Shown one piece after another: positions 17,979 through 28,502 of a DNA stretch of 64,000 nt (positions are counted from its first letter, which is position 1; every line of letters starts with the position of its first letter). The notes below the pieces were generated by a model. The model was not told where the DNA came from, searched no databases, and saw only the letters and a program-made list of their open reading frames with translations. The DNA comes from a phage: sequence record NC_135732.1. One strand, written 5' to 3'. The position numbers were made by a program, and so were the translations under genes.

Positions 17979-18961
17979 TGCTAAAACTGTGCACTGCAAA
18001 GATCATTGCTGACAGCATTTCCGAGAAAGGTAAGCGCATCACAACTTTTGAGCTAGAGTATCCTCGAATTATTCACTCAGAGCTTATGACGCACCGAGTG
18101 TTCAGCCGAAACGCCATGTCTTCCCGTGCAGTGCCTGTCGGAAAGATGCTGCAACAGATTGTGGAGAATCCGGCAATGCCAGTTCGCTTCGGTGTAAATA
18201 AGCGAGGAATGGAAGATGGTGGGGAACACGATCAAAAGATCCGTGTAGAGTACACTGATATGGAGCTAACTCCGGAAGAGTTTTGGAAAGAAGCTGCAAA
18301 AAACGCCGCTTGGCATGCAGAGAAGTTTGCCCTTGCTGGTTACCATAAGCAAGTATGTAACCGCTTAGTGGAGCCTTTTCAGCGCATGAAAACAGTTGTA
18401 ACAAGCACCGAGTGGAATAATTTTTTCCACCTCCGTTGCTGGCACGATGCGGATCCTACGATTCAGATGTTAGCTAATTGTATGTGGGAGGCTCTTGTGA
18501 ATAGCACTCCTGAAATCCTTAAACCGGGTCAATGGCACACTCCATATGTAGAGCACGTTTATTTGGACGGGGAGTTTAACTACGCTGTACGTGACACAGA
18601 AGGAAAGCTCTGCATTCTCGATACTAAAGAAGCTCTGTCTATCAGTGCTAGTTGCTGTGCACAAGTATCTTATCGAAATATTGACAGCACGTTTGAAAAG
18701 GCAGACAGTGTGGCTAAAAAATTGATTGGTGGGGATCGTATTCATGCAAGCCCTTACGAGCACCAGGCAACACCTATGGATCACGATAACGCAATGGAAC
18801 GTTTAAACTACTACCTGTCTTCATGTGAAATCACACAAGACATCAGTACTTGGCAGGAAGGTGTAACCCATCAAGACCGTGATGGTAAATTCTGGTCTGC
18901 CAACTTTTGTGGGTGGGTTCAGCACAGACAACTGCTTAATAACCACTTCGTGAAAGGTTAA
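17978..18961 (+). CDS. thyX: flavin-dependent thymidylate synthase ThyX
   Basis: ThyX signature HSELMTHRVFSRNAMSSRA (RHR...S..SxR). Confidence 0.85.
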   Translation: MLKLCTAKIIADSISEKGKRITTFELEYPRIIHSELMTHRVFSRNAMSSRAVPVGKMLQQIVENPAMPVRFGVNKRGMEDGGEHDQKIRVEYTDMELTPEEFWKEAAKNAAWHAEKFALAGYHKQVCNRLVEPFQRMKTVVTSTEWNNFFHLRCWHDADPTIQMLANCMWEALVNSTPEILKPGQWHTPYVEHVYLDGEFNYAVRDTEGKLCILDTKEALSISASCCAQVSYRNIDSTFEKADSVAKKLIGGDRIHASPYEHQATPMDHDNAMERLNYYLSSCEITQDISTWQEGVTHQDRDGKFWSANFCGWVQHRQLLNNHFVKG

Positions 18962-18962
18962 T

Positions 18963-18988
18963 CCTATCACAGCGATAGGTAACTTTTG
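18963..18988 (+). terminator. putative terminator hairpin
   Basis: CCTATC-acagc-GATAGG then T-rich run. Confidence 0.45.
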
Positions 18989-18990
18989 TG

Positions 18991-19019
18991 TTGACTAATA
19001 GTATTAGATAATCTATAAT
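18991..19019 (+). promoter_or_regulatory. strong sigma70-like promoter
   Basis: TTGACT, 17-bp spacer, TATAAT. Confidence 0.7.
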
Positions 19020-19059
19020 AATGGCTCACTTTGTTGGTGAGCCAGAAATGGAGACAGAT

Positions 19060-19521
19060 ATGAGTAATGTTATGATTCCTAAAAAGACATTTATTTCAGT
19101 TACTTTGGATTTCCTATCTACCGTTCCCGGGTTTAACGTTCGCACACGAAACGGTCTCCGAGCTGCACTCTTTGCCGTAGGGTTTGATTTAAAAAGTATT
19201 GATGTTCTTCGTGGAAAAAACGTTCGATGCAAAAATAAGCCAACACATTATCGAAAGGCAGATGTATTTGCTGGTGTCATGCGTGCAGACTTTAGATACC
19301 CGCAAATGTATAACGGTGTAGATATTTTAGATGTGGATAAAGCACCTGGTGAGGCAATGCTTGTTCAAGATCTTCCGTATGATATTCCTGTAGAGGATCG
19401 TGTTAATGTAAGAAAGTATACAAAACAATCTGAAAAGGCTGAAGATATTCATATTGTTGATGAACCTTTCAATTTTGAAGATCTGCATCGCCTGGAAAAA
19501 TTATTCGGTATTGAAAGCTAA
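19060..19521 (+). CDS. hypothetical protein
   Basis: Track start 19021 lies inside the promoter -10; ATG 19060 with GGAGA RBS preferred. Confidence 0.5.
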   Translation: MSNVMIPKKTFISVTLDFLSTVPGFNVRTRNGLRAALFAVGFDLKSIDVLRGKNVRCKNKPTHYRKADVFAGVMRADFRYPQMYNGVDILDVDKAPGEAMLVQDLPYDIPVEDRVNVRKYTKQSEKAEDIHIVDEPFNFEDLHRLEKLFGIES

Positions 19522-19531
19522 GGTGGTGAAG

Positions 19532-19762
19532 ATGAGTCATAACTCCAAGTGGAAGGATCTTGGTTTTGCAAGTCGGTCAGAGTATGTTGGTTGGCTTTGG
19601 TTCAACGGCCTGACAAACGATATTAAAATGTATGATGATGTTTATTATGACGAGTATACAGGCAAAATTATAAATATCTCTGTAGAAGAGGATACCTTTA
19701 TCCAGCAAGATACTGATACCTGCCTTGATAAATACGTTGATGAAGTGGAGGAAGCAAATTGA
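19532..19762 (+). CDS. hypothetical protein
   Basis: Start ATG 19532 after AAGGTGGTG RBS. Confidence 0.4.
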   Translation: MSHNSKWKDLGFASRSEYVGWLWFNGLTNDIKMYDDVYYDEYTGKIINISVEEDTFIQQDTDTCLDKYVDEVEEAN

Positions 19763-22074
19763 TCACCAAGGTAATTAAAAGCAACGGATGTGAAGTGGCA
19801 TTCGATCCAGAACGTTTAAATAAGGCAGCTATTTTCGGTGACGACGGTAACGGCAATTGGTCACATATTGCACTGGATGCATACAAACGACTGTATGATG
19901 GATGTACAACCAAAGAAGTTAACCAAGCTATCATAGACTCCTGTGTTAGCCGTAAAGACGAAGCACATTCCCGTATGGCTGGTCGTGTTCTTATTGGTCA
20001 GATTTATAAAGAGGCTTTTGGAGGGTTTACAAAGATCCCTTCCTTACCATCATTTTACAACGACATGGTTGAGAAAGGGTATTGGGAGGATATGGGATAT
20101 AGCTTTACCGAGCTAAACACTTTAGACGCTGTTATTGACCACAGTAAAGATCTCGGTTATGGCTATGCAGTCCTTAAACAGTTTCGCGACAAATACGGGA
20201 TCAAGGATACTCTTAAAGACACCTTGTTTGAATCTCCCCAGATGATGTTTATGGGGATAGCAATGGCTGTCATGAAGAATATGCCGAAAGAACGTCGTAT
20301 CAACGATGTTGTAAAATTATACACTTATCTGTCCGACTTAAAGATCAATGCCCCGACACCGTACTTAAACGGGCTGCGCACAGGTAAGACAGGGTATGCA
20401 TCTTGTTGTGTAATAAAAGCTGACGATACAGCAAAATCTATTGGTGTGGCACGTGAAGTTGCGTACACAATGACGGTTAACCAAGCAGGTATCGGCTACT
20501 ATTTATCATCAAGATCTGCAGGTGATGGTGTTCGCGGTAACACTATTAAACACATGGGTAAGATTCCATATTATCGAGGTATTGATGCTGGTGTTAAGGA
20601 GAACAGACAACAATCACGTGGCGGTTCTGCAACAGTATCATTCCTTGCACTGGACCCGCAGATTGATGAGCTAATCCGTTTGAGAAACCCTATGACTGTT
20701 GCTTCAAAAAGAATCAACACCATGGACTACTCCATCGGTATTAATAGGTCGTTTATCAACCGTGTGGCTAAGAATTTAGATTGGATGCTTGTTTCTTATA
20801 AGCACGCTCCTCAACTGCATGAGGGTATCTTCACCATGTCTATGGAGGAGTTTGATGCAGAGGTTGATCGTATTGCTAAAGATGACAGTATCCCTAAAAC
20901 ATGGATCCGAGCCAGAGATCTTGCTGTTGAACTGATCACGCAGCGTACTGAGGTGGGAAGGCTGTATGTATACTGGACAGATGAGATGAATAGACATACA
21001 CCTTTTAAAGATGTGATCTATTCAAGTAACCTGTGTGCAGAAATAGCCCTCCCTACAAAAGGCTATTCAGATATGCGTAATATCTTCAAGTACGATGCTG
21101 ATGATGGAGAGGTTGCATTGTGCTTCCTGTCATCTCTTGTAGCTGGAAGGGTTACTCCAGAGGAGTATGAGGATGTTGCATACTACACGGTGCTTATGAT
21201 TGACAATGTTATGGAAATCATGACATATCCGTATGAAAATATGGAAAGCACAGTTAAAAAACGCAGATCCATCGGGGTTGGCCTTACCAATGTTGCACAT
21301 TTTATTGCCAGCCACAAGGTTACTTACGGATCTCCTGAAAGTAAACAGCTTGTTCACGATCTTGCAGAACTTCACAGCTACAGCTTGCATAAGGCAAGTT
21401 TACGGTTGGCAAAAGAGCGTGGTGTCTGCGAGTGGATGCATAAAACAAAATATCCAGAAGGTTGGTTACCAATCGACACCTATAACAAAGAGGTCGATAG
21501 CGTGGTGAAAGATCCTTCTCTTAAACAGGATTGGGAAGGGTTACGTAAAGAAATTATTGAAAATGGTGGGCTACGTAATAGCGTTCTTGAAGCATATATG
21601 CCTAATGAAAGCTCTTCGCTGGCAACAGACACCACTAACGGGGTTTATCCTGTCCGTGAGCACATTATCTTTAAAAAGTCGCCACAAGGGCAGGTGCTGT
21701 TTATCGTTCCTGACTATGATGAGTTGAAAGAGTATTACACCTCGGCTTGGGACGTTGATACTAACGACATGATCGATATGTATGCTGTGATTCAAAAATT
21801 TACAGGTCAGGCAATCAGCGCGGATTTATACATAGACTACACCAAGTTGAAAGATGGTAAAATTTCAATGAAGGAGCAGCTAGGGTACCTTATCCGTGCC
21901 ACTAAATTCGGGATGAAGACATGGTATTATTTAAACTCCAGGGTTGGTGCTGGTGACTCATTGGCAGAGGAACTTCATGCCAAGAAACAGGCTGAAGATG
22001 AAACCAGAAAGAACTACCCTTTGATTGCAGATAGTTCGGTTGAAGATCCGTATTGCGAAAGTTGTGCACTATAA
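19759..22074 (+). CDS. nrdA: ribonucleotide reductase class Ia large subunit
   Basis: 771 aa; N-terminal ATP-cone-like start MITKVIKSNGCEVAFDPERL; TTG start after GGAGGAAG RBS; followed by nrdB. Confidence 0.9.
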   Translation: MITKVIKSNGCEVAFDPERLNKAAIFGDDGNGNWSHIALDAYKRLYDGCTTKEVNQAIIDSCVSRKDEAHSRMAGRVLIGQIYKEAFGGFTKIPSLPSFYNDMVEKGYWEDMGYSFTELNTLDAVIDHSKDLGYGYAVLKQFRDKYGIKDTLKDTLFESPQMMFMGIAMAVMKNMPKERRINDVVKLYTYLSDLKINAPTPYLNGLRTGKTGYASCCVIKADDTAKSIGVAREVAYTMTVNQAGIGYYLSSRSAGDGVRGNTIKHMGKIPYYRGIDAGVKENRQQSRGGSATVSFLALDPQIDELIRLRNPMTVASKRINTMDYSIGINRSFINRVAKNLDWMLVSYKHAPQLHEGIFTMSMEEFDAEVDRIAKDDSIPKTWIRARDLAVELITQRTEVGRLYVYWTDEMNRHTPFKDVIYSSNLCAEIALPTKGYSDMRNIFKYDADDGEVALCFLSSLVAGRVTPEEYEDVAYYTVLMIDNVMEIMTYPYENMESTVKKRRSIGVGLTNVAHFIASHKVTYGSPESKQLVHDLAELHSYSLHKASLRLAKERGVCEWMHKTKYPEGWLPIDTYNKEVDSVVKDPSLKQDWEGLRKEIIENGGLRNSVLEAYMPNESSSLATDTTNGVYPVREHIIFKKSPQGQVLFIVPDYDELKEYYTSAWDVDTNDMIDMYAVIQKFTGQAISADLYIDYTKLKDGKISMKEQLGYLIRATKFGMKTWYYLNSRVGAGDSLAEELHAKKQAEDETRKNYPLIADSSVEDPYCESCAL

Positions 22075-22079
22075 TTTTA

Positions 22080-22100
22080 AAGGGGCTTCGGCCCCATTTT
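22080..22100 (+). terminator. rho-independent terminator
   Basis: GGGGC-ttcg-GCCCC followed by ATTTT. Confidence 0.6.
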
Positions 22101-22113
22101 AGAGGTTAGAATA

Positions 22114-23202
22114 ATGGCTGTATTTAATGCTGAGAACACCGCTCATAAAACTGGTGACTATCCGCTGTTTCTAGGACAGCAAATGGGTATGTATGACTCT
22201 ATCAACAAAAAATATCCACAACTGTTTGAACTATACAAAAAACAAAAAGAGCAAGATTGGGCAGAGGATGAAGTGGATTTGTCGCAATCTATTTCAGATT
22301 TTGTAACATGCTCCAAGTCAACTTATGACGTGATGGTGCAGACCTTGATGTGGCAATGGGAGGCTGATAGCGTTGCGGCAAGATCGATCATCTGCCTCTT
22401 TTCACCATTCATCACTAATAGTGAGCTTTTCACTCTATTGATGAAACAGTCAGAGATTGAAGTTCTTCACGCACTAACTTACTCAGAGATTGTTAGACAA
22501 TGCCTCCCCAATGCCCGTGAGATTATAGAAGAGATTCAGGAAAACCAAAACGTTCTGAGCAGATCTGGCGTTATTGTCAAATACATGCAAGAGCTTGAGG
22601 TTATTGGTGCAAAATACCGACTGGATCCTTCTAGTGTTGAAGAAGATATTGTGCGGAAATGCATTCTTAGAGCGCTTTTTGCACTTTTAGCCCTGGAAAG
22701 TATTGAGTTTATTGCAAGTTTTGCATGCACTTTCGCAGTAGCTGAACAGGGTATTTTTGTTCAGGTGGCGCAGCTTGTTCAAAAAATCATGCTTGACGAA
22801 ATGCTACACTCGAAAGGTGATTTTGCCATCATTGATATCCTGCTTAATGATCCCACATGGGAGAAAAGCTTCCTTGAGATAAAGGGGGAGTTAAAAGAGA
22901 TTCTTGATGAAGTACGAACCAAAGAGTACGGTTGGAGTGACTATATTTTCAGCGAAGGAAGGGCGATTATAGGTCTTAACTCACCGTTGCTTAAAGAATG
23001 GGTTGACTATAACTGCTCACCGATTTATGATTACTACGACATCGACAAAGACTTTGTGCCGCCAACAAAGGACCCGCTACCGTTTATGCAGGTGTGGATG
23101 AAACCTTCATTGCAACAGACGGCGAACCAAGAAATGTCGAACACTGACTACCGCGTCAACACAACTGTTAACGACGCTGAAGAAGAAATTTGGGAGTTTT
23201 AA
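22114..23202 (+). CDS. nrdB: ribonucleotide reductase class Ia small subunit
   Basis: 362 aa directly after nrdA; diiron ligand-type glutamate/histidine spacing (EDEV..., EIEVLH...). Confidence 0.85.
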   Translation: MAVFNAENTAHKTGDYPLFLGQQMGMYDSINKKYPQLFELYKKQKEQDWAEDEVDLSQSISDFVTCSKSTYDVMVQTLMWQWEADSVAARSIICLFSPFITNSELFTLLMKQSEIEVLHALTYSEIVRQCLPNAREIIEEIQENQNVLSRSGVIVKYMQELEVIGAKYRLDPSSVEEDIVRKCILRALFALLALESIEFIASFACTFAVAEQGIFVQVAQLVQKIMLDEMLHSKGDFAIIDILLNDPTWEKSFLEIKGELKEILDEVRTKEYGWSDYIFSEGRAIIGLNSPLLKEWVDYNCSPIYDYYDIDKDFVPPTKDPLPFMQVWMKPSLQQTANQEMSNTDYRVNTTVNDAEEEIWEF

Positions 23203-23205
23203 TAT

Positions 23206-23484
23206 ATGAGCTGCGAAAAATCTTTTTTCATCATCATTTACGGTAAGGATAACTGCCCACATTGTGTCAGAGCAAAAGAATTTGCAATCAGCAAAGGTCT
23301 GCCTTTTGTATATAAGACACTTGGCGAGGGCTACACAAAAGAAGAGCTTATTGAGAAGTGTAGTCCAATCGTCCCCCGAACGTTGCCGCAGATCTTCTTA
23401 GAAAGCGATCTTGACAGTATCCATATAGGCGGTGCCGACGATTTCATCTCTTTTGTTAAGAATGGTTTTGGAGAGAAAAAGTGA
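23206..23484 (+). CDS. glutaredoxin-like protein
   Basis: Active-site CPHC in IIYGKDNCPHCVRAKEF; located between nrdB and nrdD. Confidence 0.8.
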   Translation: MSCEKSFFIIIYGKDNCPHCVRAKEFAISKGLPFVYKTLGEGYTKEELIEKCSPIVPRTLPQIFLESDLDSIHIGGADDFISFVKNGFGEKK

Positions 23485-24334
23485 AAGTTGTAAAACGGGA
23501 CGGTAGAGAAGAGTTCTATAACGGAATTAAGGTGATCAAGGCGGCAGAGTCCGCCTTACTTGAGTCTGGACATACTGAAGAAGAAGCTTACCGGATCGCC
23601 TGCGCGGTTAATGAAGTTGTTGCTAACAATCTACCAACCGACCAGTGCACAATCTCTGTAAAAAATATCCATATCCTTGTTGAAGATGCTCTTATGGATA
23701 TGGGTTTAAAATGTGCAGCCAGAGAATACATCCAGTATAGACAGACAAGAGATAATAACAGAGAGGCAGGTGGAAAACTGCTTGCAGATATTAGTGGCTT
23801 CTTGGATCGAACTTGTGATGAATTTACAAAAGAAAACGCAAATAAGCCTACTAATCATGTACACACTCATCGCGACCTGCTTGCAGGTATTCTTAGCAAA
23901 CACCTTGCATCAACACAGATCCTGCCAGACCGTGTCTCCGAAGAGCACAATAAAGGCTTCATCCATGTGCATGATCTTGACTACTTGATCAGTCCGTTAA
24001 CAAACTGTTGTTTGGTAAATTATCCAGATATGTTGGAAAACGGATTCAACATTGGTAACGCCCATGTCAGTAAGCCGAAGTCAATAGGGGTTGCAACAAC
24101 AATCCTTAGCCAAATCTCTAGTGCGGTAGCTAGTGCTCAATATGGGGGTCAGACTATGAGCCATATTGATCATTATCTGGCACAGTATGCTGAAGCGACC
24201 TATGAGAAGAACCTTAAATTTTGCCAGGAACATTGGTTGCCAGATGCTGAGACTGTTGCAATGCAAATGACAGATAAAGACGTATTTGACAGCATGCAGA
24301 CTTTGCTCTATCAAATCAATACATTAACTTCTGT
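23481..24334 (+). CDS. nrdD: anaerobic ribonucleotide reductase NrdD, exon 1 (3' boundary approximate)
   Basis: Exon ends in the conserved block YQINTLTS; ORF then hits a stop at 24342 inside the putative intron. Confidence 0.8.
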
Positions 24335-25128
24335 CAACGGTTAACAAACTGGCCGTTGTAAAACTCTCCTAACCTCATAAGAGGGGTCGGTAAATCCGGC
24401 TAACGGGGAACGCTAAGGCGAAAGCTATGCCAATCCCGTGACTAGTTCTTACAGGAGTTGGAACGGTTGTAACGACTAACGAAAGGCAGAAATGCTTGAC
24501 AAACATTTCTGAACCAAGTAGTGTAGGGGTTAGTTGAAATACTAACTTCGAAATGGAGAGGCTCTATGAAAAAGATCATTCTTAATGGTGAAGAATCAAA
24601 CTATGTGATTGATGAGGTTGGAAACGTATACGGAAAACGTGGAATGCTACACCCAATATTGTGGGGAGGTTATGGAAAAGGTAACAAGCATGTTAAACGC
24701 CGTTATATGTACTCTTTCGACCACAAAGGTAAAAAGATTCGAATCCAAACCTCAAGGATTGTTGCCTTGTATTGTTTGCCGGATGTCCCAGAAGACCCTG
24801 AAAACTGGGAAGTGAATCATAAAGATGGCAATACATTGAATGATCATCCGTCTAACCTAGAGTGGGTTTTGCCGGAAGATAATAAGAGACATGCTTTCCG
24901 AACAGGACTTTGTCCAGGTAAGTGCTATAGGAAAGTGCAGGCATACAAAGGGAAAACCTTGGTGGGTGAATATCCTTCACTCTATGCCTGTGCAAAAGCC
25001 TTAAATTTGAACGTAGGTAACGTTCATAGGGCTATTGAAGGAAATGCCGAAGGTAAGCATCTCACAATAAAGGGTTATTATCTTATTGAAGTAGAGTAAG
25101 AGATAGTCTGGCCCTGTGGAAACACAGG
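24335..25128 (+). mobile_element. putative group I intron in nrdD carrying an HNH homing-endonuclease ORF (boundaries +/- 3 nt)
   Basis: Conserved NrdD sequence resumes in frame at QQTPFITLSLGLDTS...ITPVFPKVLFFLEEGVN; exon 1 ends with U and the intervening sequence ends with G. Confidence 0.6.
24566..25099 (+). CDS. HNH homing endonuclease (intron-encoded)
   Basis: HNH core WEVNHKDGNTLNDHPSNLEWVLPEDN; RBS GGAGAGG before the ATG. Confidence 0.8.
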   Translation: MKKIILNGEESNYVIDEVGNVYGKRGMLHPILWGGYGKGNKHVKRRYMYSFDHKGKKIRIQTSRIVALYCLPDVPEDPENWEVNHKDGNTLNDHPSNLEWVLPEDNKRHAFRTGLCPGKCYRKVQAYKGKTLVGEYPSLYACAKALNLNVGNVHRAIEGNAEGKHLTIKGYYLIEVE

Positions 25129-26401
25129 GAGGAGACAGCAGACTCCATTCATCACATTAAGTTTAGGACTGGATACCTCGGTCTTTGGTAGAATGATTAC
25201 CAAAAATTACTTGAAAGTCCACAAAATGGGTCTTGGTGAAGAACGGATCACACCTGTGTTCCCTAAAGTGCTGTTCTTCCTAGAAGAGGGTGTCAACATG
25301 AACCCTGGAGATCCTAACTATGATTTGAAACGATTAGCTCTGGAATGCTGTGCAGAACGTATCTATCCTGACTTCGTATCTGTACCACTAAATAGGAAAG
25401 TGACAGGCTCGACAGATGGCAAAGTAACGAGCATGGGTTGCCGGAGTTTTCTTAGCAAATACAATGACTTGGAAACAGGCGAGGAGAAATACCTTGGCAG
25501 ATTTAACTTAGGCGTTGTTAGCCTTAACCTGCCAATGATTGCGGCAAAAGCTAAGACGGAAGGTGTTGATTTCTTTGCAGTTCTTGACGAATACTTGGAT
25601 CTTGCATACGAGGCTCACCTTGTAAGGGTTAACCGTCTAAAAGGAACAAAGGCAGGGCAGAACCCCATCATGTGGTGTGAAGGCGCTCTTGCTCGCCTGG
25701 ATCCTGAAGAAAGTATTGATAAACTCTTCTATGATGGGTACGCTTCCATCAGCATTGGGTATATTGGTGTGTATGAAACCTGTCAGATTTTGGGCAGAGA
25801 AGGTGACAAGGCTTTAGCTCTTGGAATCCTTCAGCACATGAGAGATGCTTGTGAGCGGTACAAGAAGGAAAGTAGACTAGCATTTAGCTTGTACGGCACT
25901 CCTTCTGAGAGTCTATGCTATAAAGCTGCAACCTGTCTGGATCGTGAATATCCTGAAGTGTTGAAGCACGAGCATGAATATCTCACCAACAGTTTCCATC
26001 AGCCAGTATGGATAAATAGCTCTCCTTTTGATAAGTGGGAGTATGAGGAAGGTTTTGCTATGATCTCCTCTGGTGGCAACATCGGATACGTAGAAACACC
26101 TAACCTGAAAAACAACCTGGATGCTTTAGAGGCTCTTGTTGACTTCGGGTATAAACACATTATGTATTTTGGTATTAACCAACCTGTGGATAAATGTCTC
26201 AAGTGTGGTTTCTCTGGTGAGTTCAGTGCAACAGCTAAAGGCTTTGTATGCCCAGAGTGTGGAAACCATGAAGAGGGAACGATCAGTGTAATTCGACGTG
26301 TGTCTGGATACCTTTCCAGTCCTAACTCCCGTCCTTACAATAAAGGTAAGCAAGCGGAAGTTATCGAGCGAGTTAAGCACTACGGAAGTTGTGGTTGCTG
26401 A
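25129..26401 (+). CDS. nrdD: anaerobic ribonucleotide reductase NrdD, exon 2
   Basis: DPNYDLKRLALECC block, C-terminal zinc ribbon CLKCG...CPECG and glycyl-radical motif RRVSGYL. Confidence 0.8.
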
Positions 26402-26464
26402 TTCTTGACAAAAGCCACAAGGATGTGGCATATTATTGACACACAGTGAGCTAGGAGGTGTAGT

Positions 26465-26581
26465 ATGTCATCAGGTATTTATAAAATTTGCAAGTGCGGC
26501 TGTAGTTGTAATCTTCGTTGGTGCAAGGCACTAGACGATTTTATTTGGCATTGCCCTAAATGTGATGCGGAGTATCTATGA
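26465..26581 (+). CDS. small Cys-rich (zinc-ribbon-like) protein, 38 aa
   Basis: Not in ORF track (<60 aa). GGAGGTG RBS; CxC..C...HCPKC pattern; ATGA overlap with nrdG start. Confidence 0.45.
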   Translation: MSSGIYKICKCGCSCNLRWCKALDDFIWHCPKCDAEYL

Positions 26582-27051
26582 ACATTGCTGGATACACAGA
26601 AATATCTTACACCGAAGGACCAGGTATTAGAACTGCCTTGTGGGTATCTGGGTGCCCACACGCTTGCCCTGGTTGCTTTAATCAGGCATTTTGGTCAAAA
26701 GATAAGGGGAGGGAGTTCACTGAAGAAGACTTGCAAAAAATCTTGTCAGATTTAGATAACCCGTCTGTGTGCGGTATCTCTCTACTGGGTGGAGAACCCT
26801 TAGCATACTATAATGAGCCAGATATTATTAGCCTGATGGAGAAAATTAAGGAAAAATTTGGTGACAAGAAAACTATTCTTGTATATACTGGGTTCACATT
26901 TGACCATATCTCTAGTGATGTTCTTAAACTGGCTGATATCATCATTGACGGTAAGTATGTAAAAGATTTACCAACCAAGAAACCGTTCCGAGGCAGTGAT
27001 AACCAAAGAATGTTTAAAAAAGTATCAGGCGGTTGGGTTCAGGTAGACTAG
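26578..27051 (+). CDS. nrdG: anaerobic ribonucleotide reductase activating protein (radical SAM)
   Basis: Radical-SAM cluster motif CPHACPGCFN; immediately downstream of nrdD. Confidence 0.85.
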   Translation: MNIAGYTEISYTEGPGIRTALWVSGCPHACPGCFNQAFWSKDKGREFTEEDLQKILSDLDNPSVCGISLLGGEPLAYYNEPDIISLMEKIKEKFGDKKTILVYTGFTFDHISSDVLKLADIIIDGKYVKDLPTKKPFRGSDNQRMFKKVSGGWVQVD

Positions 27052-27054
27052 TTG

Positions 27055-27084
27055 TTGACAAAGCTTTGTTGAGTTGGTTATAAT
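27055..27084 (+). promoter_or_regulatory. sigma70-like promoter
   Basis: TTGACA, 18-bp spacer, TATAAT. Confidence 0.65.
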
Positions 27085-27113
27085 TGCCGTAATGAAAGCA
27101 GAGGAGGTGCCAA

Positions 27114-27227
27114 ATGGCTAAAAAAGCCTTGAAGAAGGCGTACAAGAAAGAGATTGCGCTTGAGCTTAAGAAAAAACACAAGCGTGAAAAGAAACATCAT
27201 GAAGATGAAGAGGGGGTGCAACAGTGA
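27114..27227 (+). CDS. small lysine-rich basic protein, 37 aa
   Basis: Not in ORF track. Strong RBS AGAGGAGG; overlaps the GTG start of the next gene. Confidence 0.4.
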   Translation: MAKKALKKAYKKEIALELKKKHKREKKHHEDEEGVQQ

Positions 27228-27574
27228 CACAAGAACGTATCGATTTGGCTAATAAGTTTGTAGACCTCATTTTGCCACGGTTAGTTACTCAACATGCAGA
27301 TGCTATTTCTACTAATCTTGATGGCTTACGCCTAATGCTGAATCGCACAGATGACCCTCGTATTCGGGCTGATTTAGAAGCCTCTGCCAACAAACTGGAA
27401 AAGTTCTTGCAAGTAGACACGCAAGAAGCCTTGCACAAGATTATGGTGGAAGGTTTCTCTAAAGAATTTACCATTAAAGAGCTTAAGGAGCTGATCCACC
27501 AAGAAGAGATGAATATCCGAGTTCAGGCTGTTGCAAGCAGCATGGAAGCGGCTATTGAAAAACTGTTGCAGTAA
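27224..27574 (+). CDS. hypothetical protein
   Basis: 116-aa ORF with GTG start. Confidence 0.45.
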   Translation: MTQERIDLANKFVDLILPRLVTQHADAISTNLDGLRLMLNRTDDPRIRADLEASANKLEKFLQVDTQEALHKIMVEGFSKEFTIKELKELIHQEEMNIRVQAVASSMEAAIEKLLQ

Positions 27575-27612
27575 AAGTACTTGGCACATCTCAATCTGAA
27601 AGGAGTCCCAAC

Positions 27613-28401
27613 ATGGGTCGAGCTAAAGAAACAAAACGCATGCGTGATGAAGCTAGAGAGGCTCGCAAATCTGATCGCCTGCGTAAGGCTGCTGAGAAAT
27701 TTGCTGACGAAAGAGAGCACACCGCTCCAGCTCTCCGACCAATGAATAAGAAGCAGCAAAAGTATCTTGATTATCTAGGGTCACGTAAGATTATTATTGT
27801 AAACGGTGTGTTTGGATCCGGTAAGACATTCATGGCATCTGCATATGCAGGTGATCTTCTGCGTAAGAACGAGATTGATAAGATTATTGTTGCACGTCCT
27901 TACGTTCAGACAGGAAAGACTTCAGGATTTAAACCTGGAAATGCAATGCAGAAACTGTGGCCCTATCTTCGAAGCATGATGGACACGATTTGTCGTCGTG
28001 TTGGCAAAGGTGCTTTTGCCGCAATGCTGGGAGACGGTCAGAACAGCCGTATCGAGATTTGTGAAGTTGAAAGCATTCGTGGTCGTAGTTTCGATGAGCG
28101 ATGCTTTGTCCTGATTGACGAGGCACAGCAAACTAACCCTGAAGAAATGTTGTCAATTATCACAAGGATCTCTGATCAAGCCACCCTTGTAATTATGGGT
28201 GATAATAGCCAACGTGACATCCCTGGTAAATCTGGCCTTGCATGGGTGACGGATTTCTTTACTCGTCATCCAGATCCTGAGGTTGGAATGATCAGCTTTG
28301 ATAGTCCAGACGATGTCGTTCGTTCTGGGTTGGGCCGTCAGATCGCACTCAATCTTATTGAGGATCGTGCAAATCATATTTGGACCCCTGTTTCCGAGTA
28401 A
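27613..28401 (+). CDS. phoH: PhoH-like ATPase
   Basis: Walker A GVFGSGKTF and Walker B CFVLIDEAQ; RBS AAAGGAG. Confidence 0.85.
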   Translation: MGRAKETKRMRDEAREARKSDRLRKAAEKFADEREHTAPALRPMNKKQQKYLDYLGSRKIIIVNGVFGSGKTFMASAYAGDLLRKNEIDKIIVARPYVQTGKTSGFKPGNAMQKLWPYLRSMMDTICRRVGKGAFAAMLGDGQNSRIEICEVESIRGRSFDERCFVLIDEAQQTNPEEMLSIITRISDQATLVIMGDNSQRDIPGKSGLAWVTDFFTRHPDPEVGMISFDSPDDVVRSGLGRQIALNLIEDRANHIWTPVSE

Positions 28402-28445
28402 TACAGAAGGGTGGTTATTCCACCCTTAAATATCTAAAACAGTTG

Positions 28446-28474
28446 TTGACAAATAGGTAAGCTTTAGATATTAT
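28446..28474 (+). promoter_or_regulatory. sigma70-like promoter
   Basis: TTGACA, 17-bp spacer, TATTAT. Confidence 0.65.
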
Positions 28475-28502
28475 TATCGGACAAAACAGAGAGAAGGACA
28501 GT

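Noticed and set aside
23481-26401. nrdD as a frameshifted or split pseudogene
   Set aside because: Both parts are intact, the gap holds a homing-endonuclease ORF, and junction nucleotides fit group I splicing.
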